This document shows positions 48,352-61,437 of a DNA stretch of 64,000 nt, one piece after another. Source of the DNA: Lama guanicoe. Lineage: Eukaryota. The position numbers and the translations under genes were made by a program. The notes beneath the pieces are model-generated. The model was not told the origin of the DNA and made no database searches. It saw nothing but the letters and a program-made list of their open reading frames with translations. The stretch covers positions 18,046,029 to 18,110,028 of the forward strand of contig MU054323.1 of assembly GCA_013239625.1 (NCBI GenBank), given 5' to 3'. The stretch's first letter is position 1; the number at the start of each line of letters is the position of its first letter.

Positions 48352-51300
48352 CTGATGAAGCATATAGTTATGTTAGAAAAGATAATGTCCAACTAAATAG
48401 TCTGGCTGGAGAAAATGTTTTTTTTTTTTCCCTTGCTGAAAGCTAAGGCATAATTTCAGCATTTGGTGTCAGGAGTTACTCAGAAAATACAAGTCAAACT
48501 TTTATAAAGAAGAATTTCTATTCCTTTGTAAATCTAGTGGAAAATTAATCATACAAAATATGATGGTGCCAAGAAGGCATTTGTGAGAGCTCAGATGGAT
48601 GAATATGGAACGTTACATTTTCCAGGCAGTGCGGTTCCTTATCTGAGCCGACTCATGACTGAAGCCATCATTACTCAACAGTGATGGGTGACAAAGGCTC
48701 GTATTTTCCTATGTTTTTATCATTGGAAAGCTGACTGGGGAAGCAGGAAATGCAGGGGGGAGACGCCCCCTTCGCAGTGTATGTTGCACAGTAAATGGGA
48801 CATTTCTGGGGGTTTCTCCCTCCTCCCTGCTTCAGGGCGGTGTCTGTTTAGACTGAACTGAGTATTGAGAGATTTGACGTCTTGCATTCTGACTGTCTAC
48901 TGAAGTCACTGGTCACATTGATTAGAACATTCTGGCGCTGTGTGAGAGGAGGAAGGAAGGAAAGCTCCAAAGGCCCTGTCTGCTTCAGCCCATTTAGGAG
49001 GGACTAAATTTACCAGGCACCCTGGAAGCTGAGTGGCGGAGTAGGCTGGGATGTGGAGTGGGAGCAGCTCGTGTGGCAGAATTCCAGTGGCTTCCACCCC
49101 AGAACTACCTCTGCTTCTGTCTGCCTGGGAGATTCATTCAACTGTTGTCTTCTGAGACATTGAATTTTAATATGTATTTTATTTTTAATTATTACAAACT
49201 GTCTCTTGTTCCATACTGTTCTTTTTTAGTTTTTAAAACACTTTTTTTTCTTTTAAAAATATTTTTGCTTTCTGAACTATTCCTTTGGGGTCAGTTCAAA
49301 ATTTGGCTTACCACATTTTTAAAAATGTGTCAACTTTTACTAATCAGTGTTTGCCATTGTGATTTTTTTTCCAGCTTTATTGAGATGTGATTGATATGTG
49401 ACATTGGTAACATTTGTGTACGTTTAAGGCATACACCGTATTGATTTGATACTTACATGTTGCAGAATGATTATGACCACAGTGTTAGCTAACACCTCTA
49501 TCACATCACATAATTACCACTTCTTTTTTGTGGTGAGAACAGTTAAGGCCTCCTGTCTTAGTGACTTTCAAGTACAAAATACAGTATTACTGACTATAAT
49601 CACCATGCTGTACATTAGATCCCCAGAACTTAATCATCCTATAGCTTGACGTTTGTTCCCTTTGATCAACAATCTCTCCATTTTTCGTCACCCCTAGCTT
49701 CAGGTAACCATCACTTTTTCTATGAATTTGGCATTTTTAGATTCCACATATAAGTGAGCTCATACAGTATTTGTTTTTCTCTGACTTATTTTGCTAGCAT
49801 AGTGCCCTCAAAGTCCATTTATGTTGTTACAAACAGCAGGATTTCCTTCATTCTCATGGCTGAATAATACTCCGTTACGTGGGTACACCCTGTCTTAGCT
49901 ATTGTCAGTGATCCTCCAATGAACATGGTGGGCAGATACCTTTCCAAAGTTTGCGTTTTCATTTCCTTTGGATATATGCCCAGGTGTGGGATTGCTGGAT
50001 CATATGGTAGTTCTGTTTTTAATTTTTTAAGGAAACTTCACACTGTTTTCTGTAATGGATATACCAGTTTATATTCCCACCAACCTTTTCTTCACATCCT
50101 CACCAATGTCTGTTATTTCTTGTCTTTCAGATGGCAGCCATCTCAATAAGGGGGAGGTGATACCTCATGGTGGTTTTGATCTGCATTTCTGATGGTTACT
50201 GATGCTGAGCATCATTTCACTTCCCTGTTTTTATCTGTGTGTCTTCTTTGGAGAAGTATCTATTCAGCGCCTCTGCCCATTTTATAATTTGACTATTTGT
50301 TTTTGCTATTCAGCTGTAAGAATTCTTCACATATTTTGGATATTAACCCCTTATCAGATACATGATTGGCAAACATTTTCTCTCATTATGTGGGTCACCT
50401 TTTCATTTTATAGATTCTTTACTTTGCAGAAGCTTTTTTGTTTGATGTAGTCCCACTTACTGATTTTTGCTTTTGTTGCTTGTGCTTTTGGCATCATATC
50501 CAAAAAATCACTGCCAGTGTCAGAGAGTGGATTGTCTATGTTGTCTCATTTCGAGTTAATGTTTGAGAGTTGTAGAGGGAGCAGTTCAGTTTCATTCTTG
50601 TGCCTCAGACTCTCCAGTTTTCCTAACACCATTTATCAAGGAGACTATCCTTTTGCCATTGAGTATTCTGGGCCCCCTTGCCAAATATGAGTTGACTGTG
50701 TATATGAGGGTTTTGTTTTCATTGGTCTGTGTGTCTATTTTTATGCCAATACCATACTGTTATTACTATCGCCTTCTTGTATAATGTAACATCAGGAAGT
50801 GTGATGCTTCCAGCTTTATTCTTTCTCAGGATTGCTTTGGCTATTCAGGGCTTTTTTTTTTTTTGGGTGTGTGTTTCCATACAAATTTTAGTATTGTTTT
50901 CTCTATTTCTGTGAAAAATACCATTGGAATTTTGATGAGGATTGCATTGAATCTACAGATGGCTTTGAGTAGTGTGGACATGAGGACAATATTAATTCTT
51001 CCAATCCATAAGCCCAAGATGTCTTCCCATTTGTTTGTGTCTTCAGTTTCTTTTATCAAAATCTTGTAGTTTTCAGTATACAGAGCTTTCACCTCATTGA
51101 TTAAATTTACTTCTAAGTAGTTTTTTTGGTGCTATTGTGAATGGGATTGTTTTATTTCTTTTTCAGATACTTTGTTGTTAGTGTATAGAACTGCAGCTGA
51201 TTTCTGTGTGATAATTTTGTATCCTGCAACTTTACTGAATTTGATTAGTTCTAACAGGTTTTTTTTTTTGGTGGCATCTTTAAGATATTATGCATTAAAG

Positions 51301-51399
51301 ATGATATCATCAGACAAAGACAGTTTTACTTTTCCTTTTGTATTTGGATGGCTTTCATTTCTTTTTATTGCCTGATTGCTCTGACTAGGACTTCCAATA

Positions 51400-51732
51400 C
51401 AGTTGTTCCTCAGTATCCTTGGGGGTTTGGTTTTAGGAGCCCTGAAGATACCAAAATCCATGGATGCTCAACTCCCTGACATAAAATGGTGTGTTTGTCT
51501 ATCCCATCCCCTCCAAATACTTTAAATCATCTCTAAATAACCTACAATACCTAATACAATGTATTATTATGTATTATTAATGAATTGTCTTGCTATGTAA
51601 AAACATTGTAAATGCTGTGTAAATAGTTGCCAGTATACTGCAAATTTAAGTATTGCTGTTTGGTACTTTGTAGAAATTTTTTGATCTGTGGTTGGTTGCA
51701 TCTGTGGATGTGGAACCATGAAGAGCTGACTA
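51400..51732 (+). mobile_element. MER2-like TcMar-Tigger DNA transposon nested in L1 ORF2
   Basis: cagttgttcctcagtatcc...ataccaaaatccatggatgctcaa; TA TSD at 51398-51399 and 51733-51734 splitting ggacttccaaTAccatgttgaa. Confidence 0.9.
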
Positions 51733-54139
51733 TACCATGTTGAACAAAAGTGGTGAGAGTGGGTACTTTTGTCTTATTCCTAATTTTAGAGGAAAAGCTT
51801 TCATCCTTTCACCACTGAATATGATGTTAACTATAGGCTTGTCATATATGGCCTTTATTATGTGGAGGTATTTTCCTTTTATATAAATATCACATTTATT
51901 GATTTGTGTAAGTTGAACCATCCTTGCATCCCAGGGATAAATCCTCCACGATCATGATGTATGATCTTTTTAATGTGCTGTTGAATTTGCTTTGCTAATA
52001 TTTTGTTGAGAATTTTGCATCCTTATTGACCTTGAAGTGTCCTTATCTGGTTTCTGTATCAGGGTAATTGTGGCTTCATAAGGTGAGTTTGTGAATATTG
52101 TCTCCTCCGCAATTTTTTGGGAAGTGTTTGAGAAGAATTAATGGTAATTCTGTAAGTGTTGGTAGACTTCACCAGTGAAAACGTCTAGTCATGGCTTTTC
52201 TTTGTTGGGAAGTTTTTAATTACTGATTCACTTTCCTTACTCATTATTGGTCTGTTTGGTTTTCTGTTCCTTTATGATTCAGTGTTCTAGGCTGTAAGTT
52301 TCTAGAAATTTATCCATTTCTTCTAGGCTATTCAATTTGTTGGCATGCATTGTTCATGCTAGTCTCAAGATCCTTTGTATTTGTATGGTATTAGTGGCAA
52401 AGTCTTCTTTTTCATTTTTGATTTTATTTGGTTGGTCTTTTTTCCTAGTCTAACTAAAGATTGATACATTTTGTGTATCTTTTTAAGAAAGTGGTGTTTA
52501 GTTTCATTGATCTTTCCTACTGTTTTTCTGGTGTCTGTTTCATTTCTTCTGATCTTTATTTGCTTCCTTCTGCTAATGTTGGACTCACTTGTTCTTGTTT
52601 TTCTGCTTCTTTGAGGTGTAAGTGATGTTGTTTGAGATTTTTTTTTTTCTTAATGTAGGCATTTATCACTACAAACTTTTCCTTTAGAACTGCCTTTGTA
52701 GCCTCATAGTTTTTGGTATGTTGTATTTCCATTTTCATTTGTTTAAAGATTTTTTTGACATCCACTTTGATTTCTTCTTTGGCCTATTGGTTGGTCAGGG
52801 GTATGAACAACCATTTATTCATAAATTTTCCAGATTTCTTCCTGTTATTGATACCTACTGTCATTGTGGTGGGAGAAGATACTTGGTATGATTTCAATCT
52901 TAAATTTGTTAAGACTTGGTTTGTGACCTGTCATATGAGCTCTCCTGGTGAATGCTCTCTGTATGCTTAAGAAGAACATATCCTGCTGCTGTTGAACAGA
53001 ATGTTCTGTATATGTGTGTTAGGTCCATTTGACCTCAAGTATGGTTCAAGTCCAAAATTTTTTGTTATGTATGACTTATCTATCTATTGTTGAAAGTGAG
53101 GTATTCAGTTCACTACTATATTGTCTATTTCTTCCTTCAGATCTTTCAGTATTTGGGTGTAGTGGTGAACTCCCTCAGCTTTTGTTTTTTTCTGGAAAGC
53201 CTTTACCTTTTCTTTGTGAAAGAAAGATTTGCTGGGAAAAGTGTTCTTGATTGGAATCTTTTTTCTTTTTTCTTTCAGCACTTTGAATAAATAACATCCC
53301 ATTCTCCTCTGACCTGTAAGGTTTCTGCTGAGAAATCTGCTTACAGCTTTATTGGGAGTTTCTTTGTAAGTTACATGTTTATTTCTCTTGTGGCTTCTAA
53401 GATTCTTTTTGATTTTGATTTTTGACATTTTTATTGTGATGTTTCTTGAAGAGGTGTCTCTTTAGGTTGATTTTTTAATCTAGTGATCTGTCAGCTTAAC
53501 TTGGCTGTCCAAATCTTTCTCCAGATTTGGGAAATTCTCTGCCATTATTTCCTTAAATGAGCTTTCTACTCTCTCTCCCTTTTCTCCTTTGGGAATGGCA
53601 ATAATTTCAAAATTGTGACTTTTGATGGTATACCACTCTTTATTTTTAATTTGTTCCCCTCCGACTGAATAATTTCAAAGTTCTTGTCTTCCACCTCACA
53701 GATTCTTCTGCTTGATCCATCCTGTTGTTGATGTCCTCTACTGAATTTCATTCATTGTATTCTTCAGCTCTAGAATTTTCTTTGATTGCTCTTGTTCATT
53801 TATTGCTTTCGTGATTTTGTTAAATTCTTTTTTGTAGCTCATTGAGTTTCTTTAAAATAGTTATTTTTAATTCTTAATGGTTAAGTGACAGATCTCCATG
53901 TGCTTAGATTTTGTCACTAGAAAATCATTGTGATCCTTTGGTGTCATGATATCTTTTTTCATGTTCCTTGAAGTTTTGCATTGCTGTTTGCATCTGTTGA
54001 AGTAGCAGTCACCTCCTCTAGTCTTTAATAACTGCTTTTGGAGAGAAATGACTTCCATCAGTCTTGTTAGAGATTATAAGGCTCAGACCTTCTGTGGATA
54101 ACCTGTTCTATGCTTTCTCCCTCTTATTGCAAAATTCTT

Positions 54140-54208
54140 TTTTTTAAATATGTATAGTAATTAATATCTACAAACATCAAACTCCCAGTTTATCCCATTG
54201 CACCCCCA
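54140..54208 (-). mobile_element. 69-bp young L1 3' UTR fragment insertion
   Basis: TSD CAAAATTCTT at 54130-54139 and 54209-54218; similar to the internal part of the L1 at 34180-34260. Confidence 0.7.
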
Positions 54209-56286
54209 CAAAATTCTTAAGCTCGTATGACTTCTCCAGATCCTGCAACACGCTAGGCTGAGTGCCGACAGCCTCTTTTGTGTTTTCCAAAGGTGATGAT
54301 GGAGTTCAAGTTTGTGGTCATTCTGTGTCTGGTAGATTTAGACTGGCTTTTTGTGTGTGCTCACTAGCTGTCTGCCAAAGATTGCATTTGCTGCCATTAT
54401 TGGGAGCATGCACAGAGAGCCAGCCACAGGATGGGAGGTTGTGTGGGTGAGGCATGCTAGTTCTGTGGGGTACCCATAGGCCAGATGGGGAGATCTGTGG
54501 TTGAGACATTCCCAATGGCTCATGGGTAGGTTTCTTAATAGAGTTCCTGATGGAGTTAGTTCCTATAATGCTCTCTGAGAGACATATCTGCCACTCTGCC
54601 AGTCTCTTCTGCAACTCCCCCTCAACTCCCATTCATGTAGCTCACAGTCATTATTCTGGATGGGACGAAAGAGAAATTAACCTCTTTGGCAGCATCCTGC
54701 ATAGCTGGGGAACCCTGTTGCTCACTCACACTCTTCCTTTCCCTTGCAGGAGAAATCATGGGCAATAGAAGATCTCTCTTAGCCCTAAGCTTTGCCATGT
54801 TGGAGGAAGGGTGATGTGAGTAAAGTCAAGCTGTTCTTCTGACCCACTTCGGTACATCCAAACTTGTATTTTTGGCTTCACTGGTGTGCTGGATCTTCTC
54901 CTCTGGAAACGTGGACTTACACAAAGAACCTCTCATCCATGGGTGAGTGTTTTAGACAATATTTTCCAGGGGCTCTTGGACTGTGGCTGACAGGGTCTGG
55001 AATCTGGTCATGGGCACTTCAAGGTCCACGGCTGAGACCCACCTGGTTTATAGGGCAGGTGTGACTTTTCCTGGTTTTTTTGGCATATGGTACTGGATCC
55101 CACAGATTCCCTCAAAGGCACTTTTATCCACAGATAAGTGCTGAATTTGGGGGGGGGTGTTTTAGAAGGGGACAAAAACGGACCTCTTGTGCCATCATCA
55201 TGCTGATATCACCTCCAACCACCTCATTCTTGTAATATTTTCAAATATGTTACCTCTTGGAGCATGATTGTTAAGAGTTCTTTTCAAATGTTGTTGTCTG
55301 CATTATCTCTGAGTCTTTTTTGTATCATTCCTTTTTTTGGCCTGTCTTCATTTCAGAGATGTTTCTTAAATAATCTGGTGATCATTGGGTGTGCATTTTG
55401 AGAGTGGGGTGTTGACATGCTCTTTGGAAAGTCTCATATGATGGTGGGGGCATGCTCACTTTTGTGATCAAGCGTGGCATGTACATTTCACTGTGGAGTG
55501 GTGGGTGCAAAATGTCAATATATTTAGGTCTTTCTCGTGAGTTGTAGTTTTTCTTAGGGACAGTTCTCCAGTGTTCTGGCTGAGGAGCATATGCCTGGCT
55601 GCTTTTCCTTTTAGGAGTTAAACTGGGAAAAGAACTGTAGAGATTTCATTTTCAGCATGTAGGCATTTACTGAATTCCCATGACCTCAGAGGCACTTGAT
55701 ACCTCCAAAGAATTCCTGAGCCTAAGGAATTTGCCCTGCCTTTTTAAATGAATTCACTGTGATCTAGTGGAGTTGGGAAGAAGTGTAAATGTGTGTTCAA
55801 GTTATGTTTAATTGGAAGCCCAAGGTTGGTATTCAGATTTACAGAAAATTTACTTAGATAATTTCTGTAAAAGGACTTTAGGTGCAAGGAGCATATGCAA
55901 TCTGAGCAGCAACTGATCAATCAGTGACTTTCTGGTACCAAAGAACTTTATAGTAGTTAAGAGTTATGCTCAGAGATGAATGGCTCCTAAGGCCTATATG
56001 GCCAGGGATATATGGTAATGAGTTTCCAAAATGTACTAAGGATATAATTCGGGATATGAAAGAATTTGAGGACATGTCCCTCTCTTTGTGGTATTCAAGG
56101 TCTTGAACTTATTTCAATCCATATTATCTCCAAATTATTTTGTCTTCAGCTTTCCAAAGACTGACCTGCTTTTGAGTTTGCTGAGGCAGTACTTCATGCT
56201 TGTCAAAGACCTTTCACATATATTGGGACTTCAGTGTTGTTGTTTTTTAAATTATGAAAAAACAGATGTGTAATATGCAGACTTAC

Positions 56287-56478
56287 TGTCTCATCTGATC
56301 ACTGTCTTGGTTCGGGCAGGTGGGAGTAGGCTGGGAAGCCTGAATTCCAGACAAGGGATAGTGGTACATGGGGGTAGTGATGGTTCCCCCCAGCATTGCT
56401 TCCCTCACGAGAGAGGATAAAGGGAAGACATGTGGTTCTTTTCTGTCTCTACAATGGACCCAGAAAAGTTTGATTTGA
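56287..56478 (-). pseudogene. Fossil exon candidate (KSNFSGSIVETEKNHMSSLYPLS*GKQCWGEPSLPPCTTIP...)
   Basis: Acceptor gcattttttttataaAG, donor ACA|GTAAGT; 192 bp, phase 1-1; 2 stops. Confidence 0.5.
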
Positions 56479-56929
56479 CTTTATAAAAAAAATGCAACAA
56501 GAACGAGTCATTTCTTCAAATGATTCATCCTGTATTTCATTCCTGAGCGTCACAAGAGTGTTATCTATGTACTTCATAGATGGTCTGAAATTAACTTTGG
56601 GAGTTTTATTTAATTGCAAAACTAAGTTTCATATATGCTCAGCTTTTACAGTTTGATATTAAATTAAAAAATAAAATCAAGAAAGTATGATTCCTCAGTC
56701 TGTCACTTCTCATGACTCAGCTGTTAAAATTCTGGGCAAGAGTGATAATTCCAAATGGTGCACAGGGAAATGTTTTTATGGTAGCGAGAAGAGGAAATGC
56801 TGTCTTGTGACTGTCAGATGTCGTTTTCTTATCATTTGATCCTGTTCATGCTTATGGCAGGACGAAGGTGGAGCTACGGAGAAGGAAAAGTGCTAGTCAG
56901 AAGCACAATTTGTCCCTTAGCTTCCTTCC

Positions 56930-57830
56930 AGGGTGATCCCTAGAACTCCGGCTTTGATTTCTGCCTGCCTTTCCCTTACAACCTCCACCAGATCCGAGAG
57001 TGGGTGGTGCATCTACTCTCCTTACTGTGGCCATCAGCTGTGCTCACTCCCAGTGCAGGGAGGGACCCGCTGCTCCCCTTCTTGGAGCTGCCTCATCGCA
57101 GCTCCCTCTCCTGCTTCCTGCCACTGCAACCACCAGTGACTGCAGTTACCATAGTCACACTGAGCCTAAAGGCCGCAGCTGCTCTCCACATGGAATCTGC
57201 CCAGTAGTGAAGCCAGCAGAAGAAAAAGCAGAGCTGAGAGCTGAAAATATAGTCATGATTGTATTGTCTGGACCCTCAGATCAGCCGTGTGTGAAGCTAA
57301 CCCTACCTTTCAGACTATTACAAGACTATTACACTTACACTAGCTTTCATGGCATCTTGACAGCCTTCAAATCTCCAATAATAAGGGCCCACCACATTGT
57401 CCCAGTGTTGTGATCCTAAGAAACCCTGTCTCCTTTCCTGGAAGCTGATGTATGCTTATCTCTTGATAGTCTCACCTGACAATAATAAAAGTCTCCATTT
57501 GCATCTCTAAGCTGTGCTTTCTTTCTGTTGGCTGCATTACTGGGCAGATTCCATGTGGCATCAGTGAAGGCCACCAGAAGCCCAAGACTCACATGTTCCC
57601 AGCTTCAGTGCCCCAGCAAAAAGAAAGCTTTCTTTCTCACAGAACTAGTAGAGAGATCCTGGAGAAGCTCCTAACTAGCTTGGCTCCAATCAAAGACTTG
57701 TCCCTGAAACAGTCATGACACTTAGGGGAAGGGGGAGTTTTGATGGGCTGGGCTTGATCTCATGACCATCCTTGGGGGTGCACACAGGATCAGCACCATC
57801 AGAACAGGAACAGATGTTCTAAGAAGAAAG
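56930..57830. mobile_element. Degraded ERVL/MaLR LTR fragments (MLT1-like at about 57450-57830, minus)
   Basis: cagcaaaaagaaagctttctttctc...gcttggctcc...tgtccctgaaacagtca MLT1-like motifs. Confidence 0.5.
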
Positions 57831-57850
57831 GGATCTTGGGAATATCTGTC

Positions 57851-57875
57851 TTTTTTTTTTTTTTTTTTTTTTTTT
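57851..57875 (+). repeat. Poly(T) tract, about 25 nt
   Basis: Direct reading. Confidence 0.95.
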
Positions 57876-58059
57876 GCCACAGGGCTCTTCTTTGCCTTAA
57901 ACTTGGCATTGAACCAGGCCCCTGGGAAGTTCATGACGACCCTCATGTTTCAGGGAAGAGTGGGCTGGGTCTTTCCACTTCCAGGAGCCTTGCCGCCTAC
58001 CACACTGGTTTCTTTCCCCGGGTATGGGGTATGAATACCACCATTCTGCCTGCTGGTTG

Positions 58060-60300
58060 CTTTTTGTCTTATCTTGGTTTCCAAATCAAAGCCCGAGGCA
58101 AGGAGTATTATTACGGAGTATAACCCCAGGGGTGGAAGGGAAGAAAACTGTCAGTGAGTGAGGAGAGGAGGGACAGTCAGCACAAAGGGGCATGGTTAAG
58201 CCCACCACCACTCGGTGTCAAGAGCAACTGAGAGCTCAGTCTTGCTGGATTATCTTCTTAGAGATGGTACAAATGACTAGTTTGCAAGAAAAATCTGTCC
58301 AAGGGAGGAAGTATCCACTGGCTCCTGTCTGTCATTGGTCAGATGTTAACCTCATGAGTATTAATTCATCTGAACATCTTGGATATGGAGGTAATGGCCA
58401 GCTGAGACTCAGAAAAAACTTAGGAGGATTAATGGTGCAAACTCGTTAAATGAGAGGTGTCATCTCCCTCCTCTGCCATCTCTTCCGGATTTGCTCTGCT
58501 GGTGGCCAGCACTTCAGCAGATCCGGTGTGCTTACCCAGTGGGATGGCTCAAGCCCTCGACCTTGAGGTTGTCTGTGCCTTGTTTGTGTCAGGCTGTGAT
58601 TGCTTCAGTGGCCTGCTTGCTGTTACCACTGATCAGAGAAGCACCAGGGGTGTCCCAGGGGAACCTCTCCTTTCATCCATTGTGTGGCAGCTACCTGAGC
58701 CCCTCAGTGCAGTCAGAATCAAGCACTCTTCCAACGGGATGGCTTTTCTTTATCCAGTAGCATGAGGAAGACAGGGACCTTTGGTATTACCGTGAGGAAG
58801 TCACTGGAGCCATTAATGTGTTCCATGACGGAAAAATTTGTTCCTTGCACTGCTCATTTTTTCCCAGCCCCCACCCCAAATTAGAAAATAGGATGAGAAA
58901 CAAATTCCACAGCTGGTCACCAGAAGTGATGACAAGAGGGGTCTATCTTTTTACCCCTTGGTTGCCAGACTCCCATCTTCATGTTGGAAACAAAGCACCA
59001 TCAGTTAATATGTGTACACACTCTAGACCAGAAATCCATCAGAGATGTCCTCAATCTGATGCTGAACCCGGGCCGTTAACAGCGTACTCACTGCTTTGCT
59101 GGGTTGACTGCTTTTGGGATATGTTCAGGTACCTACTGTTGAGTGTTCTTGATGAGAAATTGGTTTCTTGGTCCAAGGCAATGTTATATGTGATGTTATG
59201 TGAGTAAAACAGATATAATTCTATAAGTCCTTTGAGGGGCATGATACTGGCAAAGGCACCATAGCAGGGAAGGCAAACCCATATCCAGAGTAGATGTGGA
59301 CTCTGGTTGTGCTAAATTGCTATCTCCTCTAGGGTGAAATGGATGTGATGTCATTAACCTGCCATCTGTTGGCTGGTCCCCTCCAGAATGGTGCCATATG
59401 AGCCTTCACTGCTGTCAGTTTTGTGCATTTAGTAGTAGTAGAACTAGATCAGTCTTTGGAGAGGGAGCTTGTGCTGTGGGGTCCTGGCGCAGCCTCATTT
59501 CCTGCCACCATGACCACCCTGTTCATGGGCTCCTTGTGCCAGCTTGAGGTAGTCAAGGAGACAGCTTGGCTGATACCCACAGAACAAGTCATTCCTACCC
59601 GTTTGGTTTTTGAGAGTCTCCTCCCTGGTGAATGCTCTCTGGAGGACGTGAGACGTAATGTTTTCATGCTTTGTGCTCATGCTCAAATGTCCATCATTCT
59701 GTCTCTGTCACAGACACCCCTTCCCCAAGCCTTCTAATCTGCTCCTTCTGGGCCCCTGACCAACCAGCCAATCCACTGCTCAGGACTCCTTGTATATCTT
59801 TACTTCAGGTGATCTCTCCATGCAGAGTGAATAATAAATATACTGCTCACAGCTCTGCCCGCTAGGATTTCATTACCACTTCCCTTTAGGGCCCTTCCTG
59901 AGGAGGCCTGAGATCCCAGGAAGCATGAGTGAAGAAAGACGGAGTGAAATGAGGAAGATGGAAAATCTAACATGATGATGTGTTACCAAACTGTTAGCAC
60001 GTGATCCTGGCTCTGTGAATGATCATTTCTCAGGACAGTCTGTCTGGGGAGGAAGGGAGAAGACTGTCCACCAGTCAGAGTTTCATCTTGAGTGTTAATT
60101 CTTAGGTACTTCGGGGTTGCATATGCATAGGTACCAGCTCTTTGATGATACAGGTGTGTGGGGAGATGCTGTTAGGTTGTGCTCACGTGAAATTGGTCAG
60201 ATTTCCCACAGAGGTGGTAGCGACTGCAGCTGCTGAGGTTAGAACAAGTGGCCAGAGGCCCTGGGCATAATGAATACGAGGGGATATGACATGGTGCGTA
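58060..60300 (-). mobile_element. Degenerate ERVL-class provirus remnant: LTR-like / partial pol (RNase H-integrase) / LTR-like
   Basis: Minus-strand translations LAQGAHEQGGHGGRK and KGLIELYLFYSHNITYNIALDQETNFS resemble ERVL integrase (AQWAHEQSGHGGR; GLTECLIHRHGIPHSIASDQGTHFT); similar LTR16-like sequences at about 58060-58440 and 59900-60300. Confidence 0.75.
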
Positions 60301-61437
60301 AGAAACGTCTGATTCATCTTCCCTCCGTATGGAACCTTCCTTGCAGAGTGACGGGACACATACCAGTATGTCCCCTACGGCCTCCATCGTTCCCCAAACC
60401 CCTCCATGAAGTAGACTATGATATTGAAGCGCATGTAGTGTCTCCCAAGGCAAGTCCGAGGATACAAAGTTGAATTTGACCTGGTCAGTTTTTTCTCTCA
60501 GAGAGTTTGAAGTCAGTTACACCCTCATTTGACAGATGCAGAAATGAAATGAAAAGAGATGGTGTTTTTCTTCAGGTCATTCAACCAGAACGTGGCAGAG
60601 CTGGACCTATTAATGTTTTATGACTTCCATTCCAGGTCAGCTGCACTGCCCGTACCAGTTACTACAGTTTTAAAACAGAAAATGACTGGGAAGCACGGGG
60701 TCCTGACTCATGGCACAGTTTCAAATTTAAACAATGCCTTCCAGTACATGAGATTCATAAGTTCCTTTGTGCTAGTAGCATATTGCTGAAGGTAGATTCA
60801 GTTTTTTTTAAATGCTACATTTGCAGCAGGTTGAAAGGACTGACAAATTTATTGTCAAAGAGCCTCTATTCATCTGATTGCAAAAACAAAATAATACCAA
60901 CTGTAGTATCTTTAGGAAATACTGCCAACTAAAAATACAAAGCAATTAACAGCCTGTATAATCTTTTTGACCTTAATATAGTGTGACTGTCTTTCCATAT
61001 CATTTAATGTTTGATTGCATCTTCATTTGAATGACTTTATAGTATTCCATTATATGGTTACATCATAATGTGTTTAACCAGTTATTTATTGTAGGATATC
61101 ATTTTTTTCAGTTTTTCAGTATTAAAAATGCTGCTTCACTAAACAGCCATAGAGGTATATCTTTGTGAAATCCATGATTTTATAATAACTTCATAAAATT
61201 CAAAACCGATGCACTTTAATGCATGTACACATGAGTGTATTCATTTCCTTCCTGCTTTGCCAACCTTGGGTCTTAAAATTTTTAAATATTTGTTCATATG
61301 ATAAGGATTTATATTTTTATATTTTTCTCCTATTTTAATGACTGCAGGGAAAGCCTTCTTTTCCTGAAAGATAACAGGAATTCTAATCCAAACCAAGGTG
61401 GAGTTACCATGTTTATCTGATGCTTAAGTCTGTTCAC

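Larger units (their letters stand above)
49362..55216 (-). mobile_element. Near full-span, internally deleted L1MA9-like LINE inserted in an older L1M (flanks about 49130-49330 and 55220-55820)
   Basis: ORF2-like translations (50841-51092 [14 protein letters not shown]...GRINIV; 51730-51921 [13 protein letters not shown]...PLSPLLFN), ORF1-like 53105-54058, 5' motif ggaggtgatatcagcatgatg. Confidence 0.9.
159..56478 (-). pseudogene. Putative degraded multi-exon (unitary) pseudogene, unidentified large low-complexity protein; probably extends beyond the window
   Basis: More than 20 minus-strand segments in non-repeat DNA with Y-tract/AG and GT donor boundaries, near-open frames with 0-6 stops each, and phase-compatible neighbours. 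Manual reading only; no homology search. Confidence 0.6.

Noticed and set aside
43412..54058. RT/endonuclease-like and ORF1-like peptides as functional genes
   Set aside because: Short, frameshifted remnants of dead L1 copies.
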